Shown piece by piece: positions 13,309 to 25,479 of a DNA stretch of 64,000 bases. The position numbers were made by a program, and so were the translations under genes. Under the pieces are notes generated by a model. It was not told the DNA's origin. It did not search any database and saw only the letters and a program-made list of their open reading frames with translations. Origin of the DNA: Octopus vulgaris (taxonomy: Eukaryota); assembly GCA_951406725.2 (NCBI GenBank), contig OX597823.1, positions 95,976,001-96,040,000 of the forward strand, written 5' to 3'. Numbering within the stretch: the stretch's first letter is position 1; each line of letters opens with the position of its first letter.

Positions 13309-13614
13309 GAAATTATTAACATGTCTTGAGAAGGATTGCTGGTACTTTTATACAAACCATTCCTCTAGATCTGTTGCTTAATCTCTTTTGAGTTTTCCTT
13401 TCTCAATAGTTACTCTGTATGAAGAATGAATTTACGACCTATATGGAGGTAATCTGTTTCTCAGTGAATGGCCTGGATGGAAGTACCCTCTTTGTCAATG
13501 AATCCAAAGTGCTTGATGAAAGTACCTTGTCTGACAGTGAATTCCTGACCTACACTCTGGTTACTCTCTCAGTCAGTGAATTTGAGGTCTAAATGGAAAT
13601 ACTCTATCAATGAA

Positions 13615-13646
<32 letters not shown>

Positions 13647-14199
13647 TTTCTTTTGTGCTATGTGTGTTTTATATCTTGTGATGAATTAGAAGAGATTAAG
13701 TAGATTTGAGGATTGGTGGAATACATTAACTTTTCTAGGCTAACTGTAACAGGAAGCAATTTTGGTGACATGTTGATGTGGGGTGGGGGGTCGGATGTGT
13801 TAAATGGTGGCAGTCTAAAGCAACTGTAATTTTTCTTTTTGCTGTGAACAAATTAGGCAGTACAAACAAATATACACATATTTAGATGCTACGGTTAAAC
13901 TGTGTGTAGAATGAATGTTTTAATTCATGATATTGTTGAAATACTTTAAGCACAATTGATTAAATAGACATTAATATATAATGCTAATGAGAATTAGTTT
14001 CAAAAATCCACTGAAATTATTGCTAATTATGCAGTGAAGCCTCTGTGTGTTATTATTGTAAAAATTATAAAACTTAAATGTTTAGTCAGGTTCACACTGG
14101 TTCAGATCAATCTTAGTTGGAGGCTTTTGATTTTCTCGTTTAAATCTCGAGGTGAATGGTGTAGCAGTCTACCTTAATTTAATTGTCCAATGCTTTTAT

Positions 14200-14588
14200 A
14201 TTCTTTTACTTGTTTCAGTCATTTGATTGTGGCCATGCTGGAGCACTGCCTTTAGTCGAACAAATTGACCCCAGGACTTATTCTTTGTAAGACTAGTACT
14301 TATTCTATCGGTCTCTTTTGCCGAACTGCTAAGTTACGGGGACGTAAACACACCAGCATCAGTTGTCAAGCGATGGTGGGGAGGACAAACACACATTCAC
14401 ACATACATACATACACACACACATGATGGGCTTCTTTCAGTTTCTGTCTATCAAATCCACTCACAAGGCTTTGGTTGACCCGAAGCTGTAGTAGAAGACA
14501 CTTGCCGAAGGTGCCATGCATTGGGACTGAACCTGGAACCATGTGGTTGGTAAGCAAGCTACTTACCACACAGTCACTCCTGTGCCTA
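14200..14588 (-). mobile_element. Near full-length tRNA-headed SINE (family S1, CORE-like)
   Basis: Reverse strand: GGCACAGGAGTGACTGTGTGGTAAG head, GGTTCAGTCCC B-box, CCTTCGGCAAGTGTCTT CORE-like block, (TG)n spacer, ...CCAGCATGGCCACAATCAAATGACTGAAACAAGTAAAAG tail. About 10 copies in the window. Confidence 0.85.
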
Positions 14589-14790
14589 TATTGTTAAAAT
14601 TATTAATCGGTAAACTAAGAAACAACGCAATGAGCCCACTCTGGTGCAATGAATGGTAGGGCCAGATGGACATTTTAAAAACAAACTGTTAGTGTTGCTG
14701 TTAAGAAAATCCAGGTCAGCCGTAACCCAGTAGCCTTATAATTGCAGACATTCCATTGATGACCATCTTACCTTTTATTTACTCTTACCG

Positions 14791-14972
14791 GAGAAACACA
14801 TAACCAAAGATAAACCTCTGTACTTGGTTTTTGTTGACATGGAGAAAGCCTTTGACAGGATTTCCTGATCCCTAATTTGGTGGTTAATGTGGAAACTAGG
14901 GATAGACCCATGTCAGCATGAACAATGGATAGACCCATGCCAGCATGGACAATGAATGTTAAATGATGATGA
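14791..14972 (+). mobile_element. RTE reverse-transcriptase fragment fused to S3 3' tail
   Basis: Translates EKHITKDKPLYLVFVDMEKAFDRIS*SLIWWLMWKLGI (FVDxEKAFD motif), then directly CCCATGCCAGCATGG...GTTAAATGATGATGAT. Confidence 0.8.
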
Positions 14973-15009
14973 TTGTCTGTATAGGACTACAGGACTTATA
15001 TATGTGTGT

Positions 15010-15485
15010 TTGTGGTCTGATCCAGATAGTTGCCATAGTAATGAAGCTAAAGCATGCAGAGTGAAGCTGCTTGGTACAAGTTCACCTTGAACTCTGCTGT
15101 GCATGTGCACTAAATTTTAATGTTCTAGCTCACTTCCACTGTTTACAGCAGTGCTTGGAAGGAACATGTGTAGTGTGTGATCATTGCATTAACCACAACA
15201 GAGAAAGTTGAGCTGAGAATCTGCATCAAATTTTGTGAAAAGCTTGGTGATACCTGTTCAGAGGCCTACACAAAGTTGTAGTAAGTGTATGGAGAGGAGT
15301 ATACGAGCTGCACACAAGTGTATGAGTGGTTCAAACGTTTCCAAGGTGGCCAAAAAAATGTTGATAGTGATGAATGTTCTGGAAGACTAACCAGTGGAAT
15401 TGGTGCAGCTGTGATGAGAAATCATCAAATCACCATCTGTGAGTTATCAGAGGATGTGCAGATTAGTTACAGTTCAGTTCAGTTC
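15010..15485 (+). mobile_element. Degenerate mariner (second family), N-terminal HTH remnant
   Basis: ~15198-15390 translates TEKVELRICIKFCEKLGDTCSEAYTKL**VYGEEYTSCTQVYEWFKRFQGGQKNVDSDECSGR, typical of the mariner HTH (VYEWFKRFxxG...RSGRP). Confidence 0.8.
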
Positions 15486-16124
15486 AGAGCCAACCAAAGC
15501 TTTGTGATTGAATTTGGTAGGCGCAAGTTACTGCCATGTGTGTATATGTGCTCGTGCCTCTCTGAGACAGAGAGAGTGGATGATGATGATGATATATATA
15601 TATGCTATATAATCCAAAGGGGTTTTCTTATGATGGTAGGATGTAATTTGAGGGAGACTTGACTGTCATTGCTAGTGACTACATTGAGGTTCCTATATTG
15701 GCATGAAACAACTATTTTCCATCTCTCTGGAAGCAAGGAGCATGAATGAAATTTGGCCATTGTCCTTATAAAACACTTGAAGATGAGGAAGTCAATGGAG
15801 AAAATCTGCAATCAGTTGGCTCTTTAAGAGTAGAACTTCAAAAGATGTATTGTTAAATATTTGTTGTGAAGATGAAGGGGGAAATTTATGAAGTGTTGGG
15901 AGGTAGGGTTGTGATATACAGTTTTTAAAGGGACTTGGAAGGTAATTATGGAGATGAAGCAAGAATGGTAATGGCTTTTTAATAGAGATGAAGATTTGGA
16001 ACAATTTTCCAGTGGCTTTTATTACAGCTAGTTTAGTGGACCCCAGTGTCTGACCCAAGCTCTCGTTTGAAATGTTACTCTCCTCTGTTGGTATGCAAAC
16101 TGCTTCTCCCTTTTATCTTTTTTT

Positions 16125-16995
16125 ACTAATTTCACTCATTAGCTGGTGGCCATGCTGGGGCACTGCTATGAAGAATTTTAGTCAACTGTATCAACCCCAA
16201 TACGTTTTTATGTCTGGTACTTATTCTATCAGTGCCTTTTGCTGAACTGCGAAGTCATGCAGGTGTAAACACACCAACACCGGTTGTCAAGTGGTGGTGG
16301 GGGTGAAGCTGCATGGTAGTGCTGTGAAGAACATGCGAAGGCTGGAGAGGAACAAAGCTGGTGTGTTCTGCTGGATGTGCAATGTCAATGTGCATGTGTG
16401 ACAGTATTGGTGTATTGAGCATCAGAGGAATTGTATGCAGTGAGGGGACTGTGTTGGTTTGGTCATGTGATGTGGATGGATGGGGACAGTTGCATAAAGA
16501 AGTGCCAATCATTTACAGTGGGCGGGGGGCGATGTTGTGGAAGAGGGAGACCCAGGAAGACTTGAGACAAAGTATTAAGGGCCGATCTCAAACCGCTGAA
16601 CCTTACAAAGGAGATGACAGGACCAAAATATGTGGTGCATTGCTGTGTTCAAGAAGACCTGCCTACCACAACAGAATTGAGATCCTAAAACCAAGGTGCC
16701 ATGTAAAAAGTACCCAGTGCACTCTGTAAAGTGGTTAACATTAGGAAGAACATCCAGCCATAGAAACTAAACCAAAATATACTATCGAACCGTCCAACCC
16801 ATGCCAGCATGGAAAACAGACATTAAATGTTGTTGAGGAGGAGAACACATAGATACATACATATATACGATGAACTTCTTTCAGTTTCCCCATACCAGAT
16901 ACACTCACAAGGTTCTGATTGGCCCAGGGCTATAATAGAAGACAATTGCCCAAAGTGCTATGCAACTGGATTGAACCTGGTTGGGAACAAAACTT
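16125..16995 (-). mobile_element. S1 SINE split by an inserted RTE fragment
   Basis: S1 3' half at ~16125-16300 and 5' half at ~16845-16995, both reverse, flank the + strand RTE piece. Confidence 0.7.
16308..16830 (+). mobile_element. 5'-truncated RTE LINE: ORF C-terminus plus 3' UTR
   Basis: Translates NMRRLERNKAGVFCWMCNV...LCWFGHVMWMDGDSCIKKC...CGRGRPRKT (cf. WFGHVxR, RGRPxKxW) and runs into the S3 repeat. Confidence 0.8.
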
Positions 16996-17784
16996 TTGAC
17001 CACAGCCATGTCTTTTAGCTGATATATGGCAAGAGAGACCCTAGTTATCTAACCAGCTTCAGGAGTTATAATTTAAAAATGAGTTTGTGGTAACAATGTC
17101 ACTACAGTTTCTATTGACCGAAGTGTATCTAGGAGTTACTCTCAGGGACTACAATTTCACTGCCTGTCAAAAAGTTTATTGTCTAATGATAATATGGTCC
17201 TCCGAAGTTGGAAGAGAGAAAAAGTATGAAAATTTTGAAACTGTTTTTGTTGTGAGTGATACCGCTATTGATTTGTGAGGAGAGCAAATGTCTGTTTCCT
17301 AAGATGAGTAATTGAATATATTGTGACTGTTGGTTCACCTGATTATCCTCCCTAGCTGTCAACATAGCTTCTTGCATATCAATTAGTCCTGCTCAGTGTC
17401 TGACGTAAGAGGGAGTCCCACGTCTTTCACCGTCATCACACCAGGAATCTTGTGAAAGACTTCTCATAAAGTGATGTCAAGTGCTTCAGAGTAGAATATG
17501 AGTAAAACAAATATTCACTGACTGAAATTCTATCCCTTTCGAAGTGGAGTCATGTCAGGGCTGTTTTATTTTGTATTATTTTACAGTTTAAGACTGAATT
17601 TAAAAAATAAGTCCAACATATTCTAAATGTTTTGTTTCTTAGTTTTTAGGAGTGTTAGCCTCATTCCCTTTTGTCATAAAAACCCACAAACAAAACACTT
17701 CAACTTCTACCATCAACAACAATTGTCTTCATTTGGATACAGTCATTCACTGTAAATAATCCTAATATAACACAGTGTTTATAT

Positions 17785-18050
17785 TCAGTGTGTCCTACAA
17801 TGAATTATTTCAGTGAAATTGGGCAAATTTAAAAAAAAAGGCAAAAAAAAAAAAAACCGACAGAATTTTCAGTTTATGATACCGAAACAGATAGATTTAT
17901 AAATCTTATCTCAAAACTTTATTGAACATTTTCAACATGTGCTCTGCCTGTATCTCCACAAATTTTTAATCTATCCCGTAGCATTGTGAAACACATTTTG
18001 AAGGATTTCAAGAGTTCTCTCCTGCACTGCTAACTGAATATGTTAAGTTC
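17785..18050 (-). mobile_element. Possible Tc1/mariner-superfamily 3'-end remnant
   Basis: - strand EILQNVFHN / DRLKICGDTGRAHVENVQ* resembles the RLxxCxxxxGxHxE C-terminus; CAGTGTGTCC TIR-like start near 17786. Confidence 0.35.
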
Positions 18051-18119
18051 AGCTAAATTATTGCTTCATCCTGGAGATGGCGGTAGGGAAAATGATTGCA
18101 GCCCAATTGAAAAAAAAAA

Positions 18120-18462
18120 AAGCTCTCTTTGCAACCACATGGTTTCTGGTTCAATCCCATGACATGGCACCTTGGACAAGTGTCTTCTATTATAGCCTCT
18201 GGCCAACCAAAGCCTTTTGAGTGAATTTGGTCAATAAAAACTGTGTGGAAGCTTGTCATTTATTTGTGCGTGCCTTTGTACCTGTGTTTGCCAACTGCTT
18301 CATAACCAGTGTTTGTTTGTTTACATCCTCCTTAACTTAATGATTTGGCAACAGAGACTGATAAAGTAAGTACTGGGGTTGATGTGTTCAGCTAAAGCCC
18401 TTCAAGGTGGTGCTCCAGCATGGCTGCAATCTGATGACTGAAACAAGTGGAAGATAGAAGAT
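18120..18462 (+). mobile_element. S1 SINE
   Basis: GGTTCAATCCC B-box, CCTTGGACAAGTGTCTT, ...CCAGCATGGCTGCAATCTGATGACTGAAACAAG tail. Confidence 0.8.
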
Positions 18463-19089
18463 ATGACTCACTCAGAACCTCCTGAATTTCTCAGAAGTAA
18501 ACTATTAACCAGGCCACTTTGCTGTGGATCATATCAAGTCTCCTACCACCGCCACCACTTCCCAACACACACAACATAAATGGGTGATAGATTTGGAGTG
18601 CACTCGTCTACTGTTTATTTATGAACATGAAACAAATAACTCTAATCCTACCGCCTCTCTTAATATTTCTGTACTTAAGAGAAATAAGCAGCTTGGAATG
18701 AATTCCACACTCTTGGCATTTTGATTGTTATGATTATTAATTATGAGTAATTTAGTGTTGAAGCTGGGGAAGATATTAGCAAGAGGCTCTCAACAGAAAA
18801 TCTCTAGTTTTTCTGATGTTAATAGAACTGGAGAGGCTAATGGTCATGTTGTTTCATTTTAAGCTACTTTAGTCCGAGCTAAAACTTTCAAGTGAAATGA
18901 CAGCCAATGGGTCTGCAGTTTATTAACAACTGCAAAGGGCAGGTGTGGTCGCAGGGTTAAGTAACTTGCTTCGCAATCACATGGTTTCTAGTTCAGTACT
19001 TATGTGACTAGATTTTATTAGCAGAAAATGAGAGAAGTTTGTCGTGCGTGTGAGTGTTTCGATCTTTTTCCAAGTACTGTTGAGCTACA

Positions 19090-19510
19090 GGGTGGCGAGC
19101 TGGCAGAAATGTTAGCACGCCGGGCGGAATGCGTAGCCGTATTTCGTCTGTCGTTATGTTCTGAGTTCAAATTCCGCCAAGGTCGACTTTGCCTTTCATC
19201 CTTTCGGGGTCGATAAATTAAGTACCATTTGCATACTGGGGTCAATCTAATCGACTTAATCCATTTGTCTGTCCTTGTTTGTCCTCTCTGTGTTTAGCCC
19301 CTTGTGGGTAGTAAAGAAATGGGTATTTCGTCTGCCATTACGTTCTGAGTTTAAATTCTACTGAGGTCGACTTTGCCTTTCATCCTTTCGGGGTCAATAA
19401 ATTAAGTACCAGTTACACACTGGGGGTCAGTGTAATCGACTTAATCCATTTGTCTGTCCTTGTCTGTCCTCTCTGCGTTTAGCCCCTTGTGAGTAGTAAA
19501 GAAATAGGTA
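19090..19510 (+). mobile_element. Young S2 SINE with ~185-bp internal tandem duplication
   Basis: GGCGAGCTGGCAGAAATGTTAGC head and GAGTTCAAATTCC B-box. Block GTATTTCGTCTG...AGTAAAGAAAT repeats at ~19139 and ~19323; CpG-rich. Confidence 0.88.
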
Positions 19511-19529
19511 ACTGTATTGCAGTTTCTCA

Positions 19530-19890
19530 TGCCAGTGCCGTCTGACTGACATCCGTACCGGTGACACATAAAGAGCACCATTTGAGCGTTGGGCCTTAAG
19601 GAGGCAGTGGCAGGTGACCAAAACCTTTGGCGATTTACCATGCTTGTGTCGATCTGTGAGATCGTAGTTGTGGCTGATGCTGGTGTCAAGTCATTGGCAT
19701 CCGTTCCAGTGTCACTTAAAAGACACCCGCCACACTCTTGGAATGGTTGGCATTAGGAAGGGCATCCAGCCATAGAAATGTTGCCAAATCAGATCAGAAC
19801 CTGGTGCAGACCCACCCCGCCCTCGGCTTATCAGTTTTCAGTCAATCCATCCAAGCCATGCCAGCATGGACAACGGACATTAAATGATGA
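19530..19890 (+). mobile_element. S3 repeat
   Basis: GGTTGGCATTAGGAAGGGCATCCAGCC...CCAGCATGGACAACGGACATTAAATGATGA. Confidence 0.75.
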
Positions 19891-20119
19891 TCTGTGTACT
19901 CTTGTACAGAATCTGGTCTGTATTTGTTGAATGACTTAAATCAGCTGAAAGACACTTTGTTTCAAGTAATTTTGAAAATAACGAAGAATTTAATAAAATG
20001 ACCATCATTATTAAGCTGGAGTTTGGAACATAGCGTGAAATTAGGAAATTTTGATAGGTTTTAATTTATATATATATATCGGTCCTACATTGATTGAGAT
20101 ATATGTATATATGTGTGTG

Positions 20120-20328
20120 TGTGGCCACATCTGGTCAAAATGTTCCACCTATTTTATGTTTCAAACAAGCTAGATTTGGCCTCTCGCACCTATCCTACAA
20201 TGTCATTCTAAAAGTAAACAATTGGATCATAGAAATCTCAGAGCTATGAGATAATCCATGATTAATTCAAAGTGATATGAATAAATACGCATCACATTCG
20301 ACAGAATAATCTGAATGCTAAAGGGTTA
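20120..20328 (-). mobile_element. TTAA-type MITE, 42418 family, reverse copy
   Basis: Ends ATAATCTGAATGCTAAAGGG-TTAA; body is the reverse complement of 42418-42637. Confidence 0.7.
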
Positions 20329-21759
20329 ATAAAGGTCTGTATGTGGTTGATCAATCTGCTAGATATAGCAGCCACATTACCCTCACATCACACCAAAACC
20401 ATCTTAAAGAATATTGGACAGTTTTAGATCAGCCCCTGAAATGATGGTCACGACTGGAATGCCTTTGATCAAAAGACTGCTTAATCAGGATTGACTTAGG
20501 GCTAAACTAAACCAACCTTTTGGTCTCTAAAATTAAACACCATTAATATACTTGTGACTTTACCATTCTCCAACAGAAAAATGGCCTCTTGTGTGCTTAT
20601 GTGAGAAGAGAAACCTGTTTAAGGCTGACATCTTAACTGTAGGTTTATATCATCTCTTGCTGTTCAGGTAAATTGATAGCAGCAATGTATCTGAGCCAAA
20701 GCCAGTGTATTTAAAAATACCATATTGATACTAGTTCAAGAACCACCACCACCACCACCACATGCTTTCCTCTTAGAAGTTGGTCTCCTTTGATTCTGTG
20801 TACTTTTGCAAATTCTAACTCCTGTGTGTGTGTGTGAAACAGAAACCTCTTGTCACCTTGTTCTTTTTTTGTTTTTGTTGGTGTTTTTTGGTGCTACCAT
20901 CAAAGGCTTCATCTTTATGCAGTGTGTCAGTGCCAAGTTTGGCACATCTTGGTGCCATTCCACTCACATTGACTGTGACCAAAACCACCACCCATTTTCT
21001 CTGCTATCCACCACCACCACCACCTTCTCATGTTTCTCCTTCTTCCCTTACTCATTCTTGATCTCTATCCTCCTCCGTGTCCCCCTCACTCTCTCTTTGA
21101 TATTCCCTCTTCTATCTCTATCTCCTCCTCCTCCTATCATGTTACATGTACTCTACTAAGTCCACCAACAATCACCATGTCACTCTCTATCATCTCCATT
21201 CTCTCTCTCTCAGCCGCTTCTCTCTGCTCACACACACACACACACACAGGTGGGTTAACAAGGCTACCATTAGTTTCATGCTGAGAGAAATCTTTCAGCA
21301 ATTACCAAGCCTGCTACATGGAATGTTGGTCCCCATCCCTGTCTTGGATGAAATAACAACTTCCCTCACATAAATACACAATATTAGCATGTGGTGTGTG
21401 TGTGTGTGTGTGTGTGATATATATACACACATACACATCACCTTGGTACTTTTCTACTCCTTGTTCTAGTCCTCACCAGAGTGATAGGAAGAGGATGCTA
21501 AAGGAGAAAGGGTGATAGTCTGCTACAGGATGGTTACTGTTAAATTGAATAGCAGCCAAAAGAGTTTTCCTGGGGTTAAGACAACTTGTCCAGTGTTGCT
21601 GCTGTGATAAAATCCACCCAGTCCACTCTGTAAAGTGGTTGGTATTAGGAAGCGGGGCATCCAGAAACAGTGTACTCGGAGTTTACCATGATTCTGAACA
21701 ACTTTATTGCTTATGTTCTCTCTCCCTTGTGGTCGTACCTATATATAGTATGTATATTG

Positions 21760-21927
21760 TCATCATTTAATGTCTGCTTTCCATGCTGGCATGGGTTGGA
21801 TGGTTTGACTGAGGACTGGCAAGCCAGAAGGCTGCACTAGGCTCTAATCTGATCTGGCAAAGTTTCTACAGCTGGATGCCCTTCCTAATGCCAACCACTC
21901 TGAGAATATAGTAGGTGCTTTTTACAT
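21760..21927 (-). mobile_element. S3 repeat
   Basis: CATCATTTAATGTC..TTTCCATGCTGGCATGGGTTGG...CTGGATGCCCTTCCTAATGCCAACC. Confidence 0.8.
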
Positions 21928-22853
21928 GTGTGTATATATATGTTTGTGTATATTGTCTGTATGATTTATTCATTTTTGCCTGTTTTTCCTTGCCAGTATG
22001 GTTTACATAAATACTTATTATTGTGGCTTTCTCTTACAGCCAGATGCTCTTCCTGTCACTAACCCTTACCAACCTGCTTTTCAGTCAAGGGATTTTAATT
22101 TCACACTTTGAAAGTGCAGAGAAATTGGATGACCTATTGATAGGGAATTGACTAAAAATTCCTCAAGATGGTGCCCCAGCATGGCTGTAGTCAAATGAAA
22201 CAAAGTAAAATAATAATTTTAAAAAACCCCAATAATTGCAGGGGTTGCTTAGATGTACAGTCCATCAGTCTTCTGTCTCTCCCACTCTGGTTGTTTCCTG
22301 TGTACAGTTTGTTGTTCTCAGGTCAGCTGTGACCACATCTTTATAGGTCATCCTTGATCTACCTCTTAATTATGAACCATATTCAGTCTCAATTTCAAGA
22401 TACTTTTTCTCTGGCCACACTCTATTGCACTAAAACTTCAGTGTCACTTTGCTAATTTCTGTGATGTTGTGAGTCAGCCATGTTTATCATTGACACCGGG
22501 ATTGCAGAAGTTTCCTTTCAACTTTCAGGTTCTTTGCCACCCTCTTACTTTTCTCTCTCTCTTCTTCTGCACTCTCAGACAGAGGGCAAGCCCTCACTTT
22601 AAATTCTACACTCCTCACATTTGAACTTAGTCATACCCAGTCTGGGACGACTGTTGCTGACTCATGAGTTTTCTTAGATTTTAGACTTATTTTTAAGTGC
22701 GCGCATGCACACACACATACACGCACACACACAGTTTTTTTTTTTTAATATTGGATCTTAAAGTACATCACAAAGCTATGTATTCTGTGATGTACTTCAT
22801 TCCCCTAAGATAATTTCACATTCTCATAAGTTTATAAAATTCTTATGTCAACA

Positions 22854-22887
<34 letters not shown>

Positions 22888-22919
22888 ATACATATATATG
22901 TGTATATAATTTGTATTGT

Positions 22920-23280
22920 AAGGTGCAGGTGTGGCTGTGTCGTAAGTAGCTTGCTTTCCAACACATGGTTCTGGGTTCAGTCCCATTGTGTGGTACTTTG
23001 GGCAAGTGTCTTCTATTATAGCCTCTGGCCGACCAAAGCCTTGTGAGTGGGAATGGTATATATATGTATATGTATATGTATGTATGTATGTGTGTGTGTG
23101 TGTCTGTGTTTATCACCCACCACCAATTGGTAACTGGTGTTGGTTTGTTTATGTCCCCATACCTTATCTTATTTGTTACATTAGACCTTCTTGAAGAATT
23201 TTTGCTGAACAAATCAACTCCAGTACTTTTTGTTAAGCCTGGCAATTATTCTATTCGTCTCTTTGTTGAAAGGCTAAGGT
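22920..23280 (+). mobile_element. S1 SINE with an internally inverted segment
   Basis: Forward S1 to ~23170; ~23190-23280 is the reverse complement of the next consensus segment. Confidence 0.7.
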
Positions 23281-23330
23281 TTGAATGAAATTTTCCATTG
23301 TGTTTCAATACTCATTTATACACATGCATG

Positions 23331-23366
<36 letters not shown>

Positions 23367-23369
<3 letters not shown>

Positions 23370-24525
23370 TCCTCATTTAACCTCCGCTTTCCATGCTAGC
23401 ATGGGTTGGACGGTTCAACTGGAGTCTGGGGAGCCCGAAGGCTGCACCAGGCCAGTCAGATCTGGCAGTGTTTCTACAGCTGGATGCCCTTCCTAACGCC
23501 AACCACTCCGAGAGTGTAGTGGGTGATTTTATGTGCCACCGACACAGGTGCCAGACGAGGCTGGCGAACGGCCACACTCGGATGGTGTTTTTTGCTTGTT
23601 ACGTGCCCACAGCACGGAGGCCAGTCGATGCGGTACTGGCTACGGCCACGTTCGGATGGTTTTCTTGTGTGCCACCGGCACTGGTACCACAAAGATACAA
23701 ATTCCATTGATGTTCATCTATTTTGATTTGGTTTGATTTTCACTTGCCTCAACAGGTCTTCACAACTGTCACACACTTGCCTCAACAGGTCTTCACAAGT
23801 GTCACATACTTGCCTCAACAGGTCTTCACAAGTGTCATAAGAAGGAAGGTATGCACAGGTGGACTGACTACGTCCCAGGTAGGGGCCACGGGTTATGGCC
23901 TGACTAGTCTTGCCGGGTCTTTGGATGGTGTTTTTATGTGCCACCAACACAGGTGCCAGATGAGGCTGGCGAACGGCCACGATCGGATGGTGTTTGTTAC
24001 GTGCCCACAGCACGGAGGCCAGTCGATGTGGTACTGGCTACCGCCACGTTCGGATGGTTTTCTTGTGTGCCACCGGCATTGGTACCACAAAGATACAAAT
24101 TCCATTGATGTTCATCTATTTTGATTTGTTTTGATTTGATTTGATTATGATTATTATTATTATTATTATTAATTATCACTTGCCTCAACAGGCCTTCACA
24201 AGTGTCATTTGATTTGATTAGCACTTGCCTCAACAGGTCTTCACAAGTGTCATAAGAAGGAAGGTATGCACAGGTGGACTGACTACGTCCCAGGAAAGGG
24301 CCACGGGCTATGGTCTGACTAGTCTTGCCGGGTCTTCGGACAGGTGCCAGATGAGGCTGGCGAACGGCCACGATCTGATGGCGTTTGTTATGTGCCCACA
24401 GCACGGAGGCCAGTCGATGCGGTACTGGCTACAGCCACGTTCGGATGGTTTTCTTGTGTGCCACCGGCACTGGTACCACAGAGATACAGATTCCATTGAT
24501 GTTCATCTATTTTGATTTGTTTTGA
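23367..24525 (-). mobile_element. S3/RTE 3'-end repeat carrying ~2.5 tandem ~400-bp units with nested 33-bp repeats
   Basis: CAGGTGCCAGAYGAGGCTGGCGAACGGCCAC recurs at ~23545, ~23950 and ~24341. CACTTGCCTCAACAGGTCTTCACAAGTGTCACA occurs 3x at 23741-23839. Confidence 0.88.
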
Positions 24526-24550
24526 TATATATATATATATATATATATAA

Positions 24551-24706
24551 GGGGAAAGTTTACAAAAATAAACAAAAGACGAAGGCAGGTGGTGTACAAA
24601 CAAACAGATGTATTAGTATAGCGCTCAGGAATAGAAAAAGTCTTTTACGTTTTGAGCCTATGCTCTTCTATAGAAAGATACACAGAAAAAAAACAAGGAG
24701 AGAAAA
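24551..24706 (-). mobile_element. Penelope-like terminal repeat, inverted partner of 25952-26100
   Basis: Reverse complement aligns along its length with 25952-26100 (e.g. GAAGAGCATAGGCTC, GTAAAAGACTTT, CTAATACATCTG, CTTCGTCTTTTG). Confidence 0.55.
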
Positions 24707-24905
24707 AAAATGTGTGTAGTACCTAACGATCTATCATGGCGTCTGACTTCGGACAAAATATATATATATGTATGGATTGAAAAGTTGTTTTCTGATATAG
24801 TGTGAGTGATTTTCAATTTAAATAAAATTTCAAAGACCTTTTTAGAATTTCAGCTTTTTTCCTTAAAATTGTTTTTTTTAAAATATTTTCTTTCTTATTT
24901 TCCAG

Positions 24906-25007
24906 GAACGAGTCCATGCTAAAGATCCCCCTAATGTCTACCTTAACAAACTCCGAACTTACTTGGATCCACGTGCCAGTCGGAATCACAGAGTTCGAAC
25001 ACTATAT
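24906..25007 (+). CDS. FMNL: FMNL/Frl exon: [29 protein letters not shown](VRTLY)
   Basis: Long pyrimidine tract + CCAG acceptor (ends 24905) and TAT|GTAAGT donor (25008); 102 nt, phase 0/0. Continues ICDQ[22 protein letters not shown]. Possible shorter form ends at 24992. Confidence 0.95.
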
Positions 25008-25211
25008 GTAAGTAGTTTAAAAACCTATCAAAGTTGCATCAAAAATGGTGGACTTTTCTTTTTCCAGGAAAAAGGTTCAAAATGCATATTTTCTAATCAT
25101 TTACAACTGAAAACCTGGATAGGGTTCCCAACATATTAATTACTCTTGTTTGATTACAAACACAGCAAAATTGTTGATCTCATTGAGAAATCTCTGAAGG
25201 AATCTCTGAGT

Positions 25212-25479
25212 CAGTTGTTCTCAACTGGGGTCCATATAAGATTTTTGGGATTCCATACAAGCAAAATATTGAATTAGGGACCCACAATAGAATATTAAGA
25301 GTCCATGAAAAAAATTTTGTTTTAGATGTATTCATTGCAAGAAACAGGTTTTAAATTTGTGAAAATCAAAATAGGAATTTTGAAAGAAGTATCTATAAAA
25401 CAGGTTTTTAAACGACAGATAGTAATCAAAGACGGTCCAGAGGTAAAGAAAAAAAAAAAAAAAAGGTTGAAAACCACTA
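25212..25479. mobile_element. hAT/Charlie-like MITE
   Basis: Ends CAGTTGTTCTCAAC ... GTTGAAAACCACTA; flanks CTCTGAGT / CTCAAAAT resemble a decayed 8-bp TSD. Related fragment at ~26590-26760. Confidence 0.6.

Noticed and set aside
22761-22797. 12-bp perfect hairpin AAGTACATCACA/TGTGATGTACTT
   Set aside because: Too short and isolated to assign a function.
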